Source of the DNA: Lama glama
Taxonomy: Eukaryota
Direction: 5' to 3'
DNA length: 64,000 nt
Assembly (NCBI GenBank): GCA_028534125.1
Contig: CM052817.1
Span: forward strand, 85,996,001-86,060,000
Position 1 is the stretch's first letter; each line of letters starts with the position of its first letter. Positions 52,375 to 64,000 of this stretch are shown in pieces. The translations under genes and the position numbers were made by a program. Below the pieces are notes generated by a model, which made no database searches, was not told where the DNA came from, and was given only the letters and a program-made list of their open reading frames with translations.

Positions 52375-55050
52375 GTCCTTTATTCAGCAAATATGTATTA
52401 AGTGCCTCCTTTGTCTCAGACACTATTCAAGGTATTGATGGTGCATTGGGTTGCAAAATAGTTAAACATCCTTGTTTTCAGCAATTTCCTACTCTGGGGA
52501 GACAGACATATGGTACCTAAATAAACACATACAATTAAAGACTGTGATAGGTGCTATGAGGGAAGATAAACCTGAGGGTAGTTGGCTTCAAACAATGGTC
52601 AGTGAAAGACTCATCTTCACGGTATAATCTGAACACAGTGTGGAAGCCAGTAACACAAGCATCTGAGGTGACACAGGGCACATGGGAAGGCTCTGAGGGA
52701 GGAGTGTGTGTGGATACACTCCAAGAATAGTGCAGAAGTCATTGTGGCTGGAGCTGAGCATCGCAATAGTAGAGTAGAGCTAGTGGGTAGAGACATGCCT
52801 AATATTGGACTTAGATATTTTATTCACAATTAAAAAGTAAATTCTAGAATGTTAAAAATTTAAGAAGATCTTACTCATGCTTGGAAAGGATCTACTATTG
52901 CCAATGTTTTGAGAATTCAGTGTAAGAAAATAAGAATAATAATAGAAAGGCCAGTTATGAGGTCCTTGCAATAATCCATGTTACCATGACAAATGCTTGG
53001 ATCAAGGTGGTGGTGGCAGAGGTAATATTGGAAGTGATAAAAATCAGCAAGGTTTTCTCATAGAATATATATGGGTTACGACAGGGAGGAATAATGCCAA
53101 AAAAAAAAAGTGTTTCCAGGACTTAGAGTCTGAGCATATATAAGGATGGAGATGCCACTTAAGGATGTAGGAAAGATTAAGGAGAAAAGCAGGTTGCAGA
53201 GAGGGGACAGAGGTCAGACAGTTTTTGTACAGTTAATTTTGAGAAGTTATATACATTTTAAGTGGATATCTTGAATAAATTATTGATATAGGAATTCAGA
53301 TTTCAGCTGCAAAGTATAGGGTGCTTGAAAGTCCTCACTCCTATTCTTACAACAAGGAAAAGCTGAATAAACTGAAAATCAATGACTTTTCCTGGACTCA
53401 TCAGAGAACTGAGGTCATAGGGCAAACTACCACCCCCAAATCTGGAGAGACAGGCACACTGGTCACAGCCAAGATTTGCTTACCTGGAGCAAAAGCGGTT
53501 ACAGCCATAAACTGATAGAAACACTTAAATGGTAGTTTGATGAACTGCCAAAGCTGAGTGGAAACTAAGGTGACAGTAACAAATTTCTCTGGTCATATTT
53601 TTATAGTCCTCTCACTTACGAATTTGATGAGTTTTACCTCCAGACACCCCACCAGATTCTGATAGGAGCCAAGAAAGGTCCCTTTGTACTTTTGGTAGAG
53701 GGAAAAGAAAAATAACCATTGTGAAATATGTCCAGAGCTTTCTCCACAACAAAAGCCTACTCTCCAGGAAAACAGACTTTGGGAGATTTCCCTTCCACCT
53801 GGAGGAAACACATTCATCTGTCTCCATCCTCTATCCTTCCTATCTTTCCTAAAGGATGGTGATGCTAAGAAACACTTATGAAGGTCACAGACCAGACACA
53901 GAGGCCATTAAAGACAGAAACCTAAACATAGGACTACACAATGTTTCTCTTCCCTGACACCTCACTACCACATCATTAGGACTCCAGTAGCCAGTATATT
54001 AACAGTAGATTGCAGCTCAAAGAGCTGCGATGCATAAATTCTATTTAAGAAGGAATCCTTAAAGAAGTCAAAATACAATAAGGGGGAAGAAACAAGACAA
54101 GAACATTAGAAGAAATTGAAGCCTCTGTTACTTACAGCTACAACAAGCATTAAACACCGCCCAACCACCAGCCAGAATAACATAAAACCTCACATTAAAG
54201 GGCTATGTGCAGTTCCTAGTACTGGACACATCGTGTCTAGCTTTCAACAGAAATTTTTGAGAAAATGCTAAAAGTCAAGAAAAAAGTCAGACCTGAACTC
54301 AGATATGACATAGATTGAGGAATTATCAGACAAGGAGTTTATATTGTGGCTATACTAATCCGGAGTTCAAGAAGAAGCCTTCATTGAAGACATTAAATTG
54401 TTTTCAGTTTATTTGGTGTTTTAGATTCATAAGACTGGATTAGAGCATTTAGAGAGTAAATGATAACGAAGAGGTGTGAGGACTGAGCTCTGGGGCCCTC
54501 CAGTGCTTAGAAACGTGGGAAGAACCAGCAGTGGAGACTGCGATTCATGTAAGTGAAAACCAAGAGAATGTAGGTTTTGAAATACAGTCAAATTGAGTGT
54601 TTTAAGGAGGAAAGTGGGCTCTCCTGTGGTAATTCATGAAGATAGGTCAAGTAAGAGGAGAACCAATCAGTCATTGGATCATATTTAAGGCATCAACGGG
54701 ATCACTGATGAATTGACAAGAGAAGATTTAGTAGGCGATGGTGGTAAAGGCAAATTGAAGTATATGAAAGAGAGAACTGAGGAGAAGAATGAGACAGACA
54801 ATATAAACTTTTTTGGATTAGTTTTGTTGTAAAGAGAAAGAAAACTAAGGTTGTATAAGTTGAAAAATGTGGGTTGATAAGGCTTCATTTTTAATATGAT
54901 ATAATAATTTTAACGTTCCGTGCATTATAAAATAGATGATATGATGGATAATGCAAAAATGTAAGGAGATCATTTGTAGAATACTATCCCTGAGGAGGCC
55001 GGGTAAGATGGGACGAAGTATTCAGGAGGAGGGCTTGACCATAGACAAAC
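52375..55050 (-). mobile_element. Long L2 relic interrupted by L1 at about 53300-54340
   Basis: Starts ttattcagcaaatatgtattaagtgcct (L2 tail, antisense) and resumes at gaggactgagctctggggccctccag. Confidence 0.8.
53300..54340 (+). mobile_element. L1M 5' UTR and ORF1 start, 3'-truncated
   Basis: aagctgaataaactgaaaatcaatgacttttcctggactcatcagagaactgagg...cagatatgacatagattgaggaattatcagacaagga. Confidence 0.8.
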
Positions 55051-58000
55051 ACACAGTTTGTCACTAGCCTCTATCAAGATTTTGCAATAATTCAACATGT
55101 ACATTCTCATTTCTCTCTGATCCTCCCTTAAGTTCCACATCAGACTATACTTCATCTTTGGCTGCCTGGCTGAGTTCAGGGCATATGCTACCAGACTGAA
55201 GTTATAATTGTTAGGAAGGTCTGTCTTCTCCTATCTTCAGAGAATGGTGAGAGGCTCTACCTTGAATGGGAATCTTCCTAGGACACATACAATCTAATTA
55301 AAGTTGATTATGTATTCAACACCACGGAAATATATAGACAAAAAAAAGCAAGCCTACTACAAAATGAATCACCACTAATACAGCCTCAAATAAAACACTT
55401 AAAATTTAAACTTATGCTATTAAGCGCAAACATCTCTTTTTTTTTTTCTGACTGCAATTTGTATTAGATGTGTCAGGTCTGTTGAACTGGCACCTCTTAC
55501 ACAGGCCTAACATTGATGTGAGTAATGAAACAAAAGGAACCAGGTTCTGTAACCATGGCACAGCAAATAATCATACAGCGCTAACCCAAATGTTAACCCT
55601 GATTGTACGCCCTAAAAACTCACCTCTGCTTCCATCCCATTAGGATTTAAAGAGTTAAAAAGGCAGCGATCCTAAGGTTCTGGGTTCTACAGGCAGGTCT
55701 CTCACTTCAAACAGAGAGATGACTACAACTTAGTAAAAACATGTTGGAAAAACAAAACAAAACAAAACAAAAAATCCCTCTGGATCGGGCTTTTTGTCTC
55801 TGTGAGGAAGAAGAGGGGCCCCACAGGGCTGCAACCACTCACACCAGGCTGTTTTGTGAACAGCCAAATTTGATCTAGCATTCATGATTCTGTCCCTAGA
55901 ATAAAGAAATTATCAGAAAATAGAACAGTAATGCTTATAAATGGAATGTAAACATGAAATGAATTTGTTTTGTCTCTAGATGTTTCTTGCTCTAGAAAAT
56001 CTTTTCCCAAAGCCTCCTTTTCTCTGTTACACCCACAGAACATATATTTAGAAAGATGTTCCAGAAAAATAATTTTTGAAAATTTTCTGAAATAAAATGA
56101 GGAACCTTGACATTCTATGTTGTCAAAGATTCATGATGCACCTAAGAAACATGAAAGCTCCCAAATCCCTATAATAGAGCTTAATATATTACGTGCCCTC
56201 AAATTTGTTTTCCCAACAAATTCCTTGTTGGTAAAAACTATAACTATACCATGGAATTATTTTCCAGCTAAAACACACAGGAAAACACTGCCTTAATGTT
56301 CTTTTCCTTATGAATGAGCAGAACACTTTTTACTAATTTTCATGTGTGTGGAAACTAATGAAGAAAATCTTAGACCTAGGACTACAGAGAAGCTATTTGG
56401 GCCAGTTAAACTCTTCGTGACTGGAAAATCATTTGTATTGTATACGACTGAAATGTGTATTTTACTTTAGATCATATCTATTTTGTATTAAGAAAGAAAA
56501 TAATCAAATGCAAAAAAGAAAAATGTGTGACTAAACAAAACTGTAAAAGGATCTTGACATTTTGTTATTTTTTTATTCTGTCTTCAGTGTGATATAGTAT
56601 TTGATTCAACATTTTGGTTCAGTGAGCTATGACAAGTGATTGAACACATTTCGTAAATTTTGAAATGATAAATGCTTAAGAAATATAACTGAGAGTATTG
56701 TACTTACACAAACTAGTGATTAGACTATTACAGCTTTCAATCATAGAAAAGTTTCACATTACCTACTTTGCCAAGTCACTGTGATTTTATGATGATTTGA
56801 ACACGAGTAACAACAAAGAAAACAGCATTGATTGATGGTGATGGTGCTATGAAATCATTAGGGATTCAAAAGACTTCAAATTGAGAGTTCAGTTCAAAAT
56901 TCAGCCATCAGAGTCAATGGACTCTGAACCTATGAAATGACAATAAATTGCATATATACTTTAGTTGAAGCTATCTCTGAATTACATATAAAGATCAATG
57001 AATTATATAACTTTTATTCATCCAATAAAGAGATCATTGCCCCCAAAGCTTGACACTCTGATGCTAGTAAAATGAGAACACACATTTTGGGACACAGAAA
57101 GACACAAATCCTACATTATAAAAGTAAAAAGTAGTATGTGGTTTTATGAAGTGATTTCTAAATGTTAGTCTTCCAGAGAAAGTGAACATTATAAAATAAA
57201 TTTTAAATAAATTCTATTCTGTATCATGATCCTTACTGAATGAATATGTTCCATTCCTGTGACTTTATTTAAAACTAACTTAATGGAAACAGAAAATCTC
57301 TCTTTAAAATAAAATTTTAAAATGGCTTGCCTATTTATAATAACATTAACCAAAGTATTACTACAATTTTTTCCTGAAATACTGTTAGGAAGTCCATAAA
57401 GGTAAAAGAAATGTTCAGTCTTTGGCTTTACAAGTATGGAATGGTAAAAATACAGATGCAAAGCACTAAAATCATTGCGAGGAACTCACTTTAGAAACTT
57501 AGAAGACATTTTTCACCAGCATTCTGAAGTCTCCGAAGAATGACCTTGTGCAATCCATTAAAATCATAACAAAGTCCCTGAATAGCAACAAAATCACAAA
57601 TCATAATAATAAATACAATAAAGCAATTTTATACAAATGCACAAACCTGATAATCTATGCTGATAGGGTAGAAAATAATTACTTGCTTCCCTAAAGAAAG
57701 GCAGCTGTAAATTATTCAGGGGATACTCCAGCACTGATGGAAACATTTCCTTTGTTTTGTATTTCTAGCTTAAATAATTCTCTATCAGTACTTAGACAGT
57801 CTTATTATTTCTCCATAATTATGGATAGCCTGGTTATCCTTCAGTTGTCACATCCACATTTACTTTCTTTCAAAAATGTTCTTTACGCCAAAGGTCTTTT
57901 TCCTTCTCTTTTTTAATTGATCTTACTTAGGAAAACAGTTATGACTTTCCTTGAATAAAATGACCAATTTCTGAACAGTGAAGGAATTGATTGCTAGAGT

Positions 58001-58444
58001 GCCAGAGACCTAAAGCACGCACAGAACACACGCACATACCCCTTCTTTCTCTGGCATCCATCTAGCTAGCTAGCTAAGTTGATGAAACGTGATATGGACA
58101 TATATACTGAAAACGGAGTGTGCTAGCAAAAAGGCTCAGGATGCTATGCTATGCTAGAGGATTCTGACCAAGGCATGGGCCAATAGCATGTCAAGGCAAG
58201 AATTAATCCCCTGGAATGTTCCATTGCTTAATTCTCATAAAGCATTGTTTTTTCTGTACCTGCCATGTGTCAACTACTCTGGTAGATATTTTGCACATTT
58301 TTATTACCTCACTTGTTGTTCTACAAACCAGTCAATAATCATCTCAATGAACATTTTTTCTTACTTTTTCCATTTTGTTTGTGACTTCTTTTCTGTAATG
58401 CTACTTAGTACTTTAGTCTGATAGTTGCTAGTGATAATAATGAA

Positions 58445-59150
58445 AACCACATTTTATTTAACATTTACTCTATGCCCACACTGGTTTAAATATTTTATAT
58501 ACAGTTTTTCATTTAATTATTTCAATGTTGCTGTGAGGTAGATAATAGTTACTCTAATTTTATAGATAAAGATAGTAAACGTTAAAGAGATAATTCACTC
58601 CCACATTATCTATATTGTCTTATGCTCTTCTTTTAGACCTGCTACTCAAATCATTTTGTACTGAAAATAATTTCTGTTGAAGAATGACAAGAAGCTGTGA
58701 TGTCATACTGATTATGGCTTTGCTAATTATTAATTAGGTGAATCTGAACAAGTAACAATTATGTCTGGAATTCACTTTACATATCTGTACCATGGGGACA
58801 ACAGTACATAATGAAAGCTATGACTTGAGGACAGAATAAAAAATGCATGTAAAGCCTACAGCATAAGCCTGGCAGATTCTAAACCATCAATAATGTTAGG
58901 TACTAAGATTATGACTGAAGAAGGCACAGTTTGATTATGTAAAAACAAGTTTACAATTTAGAGGCAGATTGAGTCTGGTCACATTTAATAACTATTCCCT
59001 CACTAAGCTCAGTATCAGATTGCTCAACTGTTGTATGAGTAAGCTAATGTCACCTCCCCTGTGATTATTTTGAGGGTTAATTTAGATAATTCCAATAAAA
59101 CATTTAGAGTGCCAGACAGAATAAGTACTCAGTAACTGTTAGTTCTTTTC
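58445..59150. mobile_element. Cluster of three MIR relics (one minus, two plus)
   Basis: ctgtgaggtagataatagttactctaattttatagataaaga; atctgtaccatggggacaacagtac; taagtactcagtaactgttag. Confidence 0.6.
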
Positions 59151-59242
59151 ATTCTTATTATTAATTTGACATCTTTCACACTCATTGAAGAAAACTTAAC
59201 ACCTATTTTTCTGACTCTTCTAGTCCTAGAAATTCTATTTGC

Positions 59243-59247
<5 letters not shown>

Positions 59248-59318
<71 letters not shown>
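59248..59318. repeat. (TG)n(TA)n microsatellite
   Basis: Direct reading. Confidence 0.97.
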
Positions 59319-60619
59319 GGTTTGTATTTTCTACTTTCCTAACTTTCATACAATCAAACCAATTTCTGTTTGGTCTTCTGAAACTTGGTCCCGTTGATTG
59401 ACATTCACTTGCAAACTTTGCTTAGCCCACCTAAATTACATTACTTATTTTCTTTCCTTATAATCTAATGGCATTCTTTTATTTGCTTTTGCTTTTCACT
59501 ATCTGACTTGCTAATCCAACTAAGTCATAGGTAACACAACACACAGATAACACAATCTGAGGAAAAAATCTGATTAACTGCCTCATTTTACATATGTGTT
59601 AACTGAACATCAAGCAGAATAAATGTCTGGCAAAAACATATATAATCGGTATATTATTTATAAAATTCTTAAAATCTGCTTTAGTCAAGGAAGATAGTCT
59701 ACACTATTAAATGTGTACTAATAGTTAAATTAACATAGTAATATTCAAATAACTATAGTAATATTCCTGAAAAAGAATACAAAGTCAAAGACGTGTAAAA
59801 ATATGTAAATCTTTTGGACAACTATTCTCTGACAGTTACTTTCTATATTAAGAAACTTACTAGTAAATTGCAACAAGAAAAATCACCAAGTAAAGAGAAT
59901 ACTTTTAGGGGGTAACAAAGTAAAAAAATGTATTTTTTCAGCACAATTCAGAAATGGTATGATTTTAATATCAGCAATAATATGATTTTACTGTGTTCTG
60001 TCACATCAAATGGTTTCAAAGGAGATAATGTGTGAAGAAATGACATTTTACTTCAGAGTGATAATTATCAGCTATATTCCACAACAGACAAGGGATCACT
60101 ACAAAGCAATAATAGTGCCTATTATGATTCAAGAATACTTTTCTGTGAAGTTATTCATATTTGAAGGATGATTGTATTGATGACAAAGATAAAATAACAG
60201 CACTTAGTAATAATGGCATGTTCCATTTTTTTGTTTTCTCCTGAAAGATCCTATATTTGAAAGTTGCTCTTCATGCAATTGTGGAAGGTAAGTAAAATAT
60301 CAAATTATTTCTAGGAAAAGGTAATCGAATCTTTTTAACAGCAAGACAGTGTGATCTGCAGAATGAGATGTTTTCTTTGAAAAGCAAAGTCATGACTTCA
60401 CAACATACTCCAAGAGAAAAACAAAATCAGTGGCAATGACAAAAACAACAAAAGAAATCAGTGTTTTGTAGCATATCAGTGTTTTCCAAGTTGAAAATCC
60501 TTTAATGATTCGTTCTTCAGTGACTCATTTAACACCAGGAATTAAACAGTAACAAACATTTTCGTGATTATCATAGATTAATTGTTCTGATGGTAAATAA
60601 TTTTTCTGAGAGTAAAAAA

Positions 60620-61960
60620 AACATACAAGGTAAATCACAAATATTTTTGAAACTAGAGGACATGGATGAGTCAACAAACATACAAAACAAAGATACAATT
60701 TACCAAAAATGATCCAGAAGAAGTGGAAATTTTGATATAAAAATTATCTCAGAGCCAATTAGAAAGGTAAAGATTTGTCATTGAAATGTCATTAAGGTCA
60801 GACATAAAGATACCTATATTCTAAAGATCTGATAAGTCTAATATTATGTAAATTACTGTAGAAAATAAATGCAATTCTTTCCTGATCAAGGTGTGAAATC
60901 AGCATAAATTTAATGTCAAAATCTGATATATAATATAAAGAAAATCTTAGGATAACCTTATTCTGATTATTGTAAAGTTATTTTAAACATAAGCTAAAAG
61001 AACATAGCAATAAATCAAAGTAAAATACATAATACAAAAAAATTTTTCCTTGTTATATGAGAATCAATCTACATTAACAAATGTATTAAATGTCAACAAA
61101 CTAAAGAGGAAAACTATGTTGACATTACTAGATGCTAGAATATCATTTATAAAAATCAGCAGCCACCCCTTATCCAAACTCTAAACAAAATGAGTATAAA
61201 ATAGAACTATGTATTTATCACTGTCAATTTTCAAATCTCAACAGCAAATATTTTCCTAATTTGGGGAAATATAAAAATGAATTTGATTAACATCAGAATT
61301 TGAGAGACCTAATTTCTCTCAACATTATTACTTGGCATTGTTTTGAAAGTCCTAGCAGCATCAGAAGACAAGAATATAGAAGACCATGTTTTTTTTGATA
61401 ATAAGTTGTATATCTGAGAAAACCAAGCTGTAGAAAAAAGAAAATCTAGCATTCACTAGATTAATAGCTAAATCACTGTATTTATAATAGCAACAAAACT
61501 GTGAAAAATTTTAGGAATAAATTTAATAATAAAATCTAGGAACTACCTGATGAAATTAGAATACTCTACTGAAATTTATAAAGCAGAACTGAAGTGTAAT
61601 AACATAAGAATATGTTTATGAATATTGTCATGAAAAATTCAGATGAAAAACATGTACACCATGATACATTAAATATGTAAATACAATTGTCATGAGAATA
61701 CCATGTACTTTTGTATGGTTTACATTACGTTTGAATTGAAATAAAATAATACTAAGGTTTATATAAAAGAATACATGAAAGAGAATTTAAAAAGGAAAAG
61801 AATGATGATAATTTGCCTTATTAGATATGAATGACTTATAAAAGTCATTCTGGTCAAATCAATAAAGTATTGATATAGGAATAGACAAAAACATCATCAA
61901 AACACAATACCTGAGGGCAACTCCAAAAATAATTTGATCAAAGCTGGAACTACAATACAT
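60620..61960 (+). mobile_element. Highly decayed L1ME ORF2 fragment
   Basis: A-rich L1 text, e.g. tagatgctagaatatcatttataaaaatcagcagcca (DAEKAFDKIQHP region) and cattgttttgaaagtcctagc. Confidence 0.7.
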
Positions 61961-62261
61961 TTGTATAGTATTTTCATGGTCTGTTTTCCATTTTTATGTA
62001 GCGGGGATTCCATTCCATTTACTATAATCATTTCTTGTATCAATTTTCAGCTGTCTGTCCTTCTTCCCTGGTGTTTGCCTGGTAGGTAATTGCAACACTC
62101 CCCAGATATTTCCTAGGTAATTCGAGCTTTTCAATCCACAAAACGAAACAAAGAGTAGAATTCTCTTTAGAGGCTGAGAGTTTTTAGAATGCTCTAACTC
62201 TAAATTCATTATCACTAACTTCACATGAGCCCTTTTGTGCTCATTGTACACTTCCTTAATC

Positions 62262-62475
62262 CAGACTTTTTCAGCCTTGGCACTTTGGCCCAGGTAATTT
62301 TTTGTTGTGGGGACTGTCCTTTACTTTGTAGGATGTTGAGCATCCCTAACCTCTATTACCTAGATGCCTAGAGCACACCTCTCCCCTCCAACTGTGACAA
62401 ACACACATAACTCTAGACATTGCCAAATGTCTGCAGGGTGGAGGGCAAGCAAAATCACCCATTTGAGAACCACTG
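62262..62475 (+). mobile_element. MER20 (hAT-Charlie)
   Basis: ttgttgtggggactgtcct...tgtaggatgtt..agcatccct...agacattgccaaatgtc...ttgagaaccactg. Confidence 0.9.
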
Positions 62476-62599
62476 CCCTGATCCATTCTTTAATGTGATT
62501 ATCAAATTATGACAGACTCAGAGAAGGTGATTAATAAATCTTTGTTGCAGATATAAATATATCTGACAAAGAGTTTATTTCTTTTTTTTTCAGTTTTGG

Positions 62600-63810
62600 G
62601 TTTTTTTTTTTAATAAAAATATACTTTATTATAGTAATAACACAATATTAGATCTATCCTCTTAAAATTTTAAGTGTACATTATTATTGACTATAGGTAC
62701 AATATTGCACAGCAGATCTCCAGAGTTTACTAATGTGGCTAAACTGAAACTTTATGCCTATTAATGATTAACTCCCCATTTCCCTTTCCACCCAGACCCT
62801 GGCAACCACCATTCTATATGTTGCTTCCTCGAACTTGGCTATTTTAGATCCCTCAAATAAGTGGAATCATACAGTGTTTGTTCTTGATAACTGGTTTATT
62901 TCAAGTGACATAACATCCTATAAGTTCATTCATGTTGCTGCATTACAAACATTTCTGATTTTTAAAGGCTGAATAGTATTCCCTTATATGTATATACATA
63001 CTGTAGTTGCTTTTTTTTTTTTTCATTCATCTACTGATGGATATGGAAGTTGTTTCCAATCTTGGCTATTGTGAAGAGTGATGCAGTAAACATGGAAGTA
63101 CAGCTATCTCTTTGAGATGATGATTTCTATTCTTTTGGATAAATACCCAGAGGTAGGATTGCTGGATAATATGATGGTTATATTTAGAAATTTTTGAGGA
63201 ACCTCCACATTGTTCTCCATGGAAACTGTGTCACTTTTCATTCCTACCAACAATATGTCTATGTTCCAATTTATTCACATCCTCACCTACACTTGTTGTT
63301 TTGTGTTTTGGGTAACAGTGATCCTGACAGGTCTGAGGTATATCTCATTGTGGTTTTATCTGCATTTTCTTGATGCTTAGTGACATCAAGCAGTTTTTCA
63401 TGTATATATCAGTCATTTTACCTTTGGAGAAATATCTAACCAGGTTGTTAGGGTTATAGTTTGTTTGTTTTTTGTTTTGTTTTGTTTTGTTTTAAACTAT
63501 TTAGGTATAGGAGTTCTTTATATGTTTAGAATACTAACTTCTTATTAGATAAATGGTTTGCACATATCTTCTCCCATTCCATAGGTTGTCTTTTCACTCT
63601 GTTGATTGTTTCCTTTGCTGTGGAGGATGTTTTTAGCTTTATGTAGTCTAGCTTGTTTATTTTTCTACTTGTTGCTGTGTTTTTGGTATCATATCCATTA
63701 AATCTTTGTCAAGACCAATGGCATGAAGCTTTTCCCCAATGTCTTCTCCTCAGAGTTTTTCAGTTTCAGCTCCTACACTTAAATCTGTTTACTATTTAAG
63801 TTTATTCAAA
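62600..63810 (-). mobile_element. L1MA8-10/L1MB 3' portion
   Basis: T-rich tail, then agatctatcctcttaaaattttaagtgtaca...ggctgaatagtattcc...tacccagaggtaggattgctgga...ttctcccattccataggttg. Confidence 0.93.
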
Positions 63811-64000
63811 CTGATCAAAAAAGACAGTCATTTGATTAATTAACAATATATGAGCAGATAAGTCACCAAATGAGTAACATAAATTTCAGTGATAAGTAGG
63901 AACTTGTAAATAAACTCACAGTGATACATATTTTACAGATTATGGAGGCAAAGTCTGAAAATATAGGGCCATGTGGTCCTAATAGCACTACTGACATTGT

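Overview
AT-rich, CpG-depleted placental-mammal genomic DNA, intergenic or deep intronic. One short L1 tail suggests a camelid, which is an inference from recalled repeat consensus. No host protein-coding exon, RNA gene or CRISPR array can be supported; the listed ORFs are chance frames or decayed retroelement frames. The window is a mosaic of L1, L2, MIR, MaLR and DNA-transposon relics, with a dense cluster of ERV/LTR material between about 16 and 48 kb. The main feature is an env-less class I (ERV1) provirus at 30839-36852 with two 365-bp LTRs, a GCCT target-site duplication and decayed gag-pro-pol. Most interesting: (1) its 5' LTR has 8 CpGs while the 3' LTR has none, suggesting a germline-unmethylated, possibly exapted promoter; (2) a related inverted pol copy at 46.5-48 kb shares a 49-nt perfect tract and a stop codon with the provirus; (3) three nested LTRs end in a young betaretrovirus-like LTR that runs into the only assembly gap; (4) an LTR-less ERV-L pol fragment sits inside an L1; (5) an L2 ORF2 appears internally inverted. 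I cannot demonstrate a novel biological system from sequence alone. Repeat family names are from memory and need RepeatMasker/Dfam confirmation.
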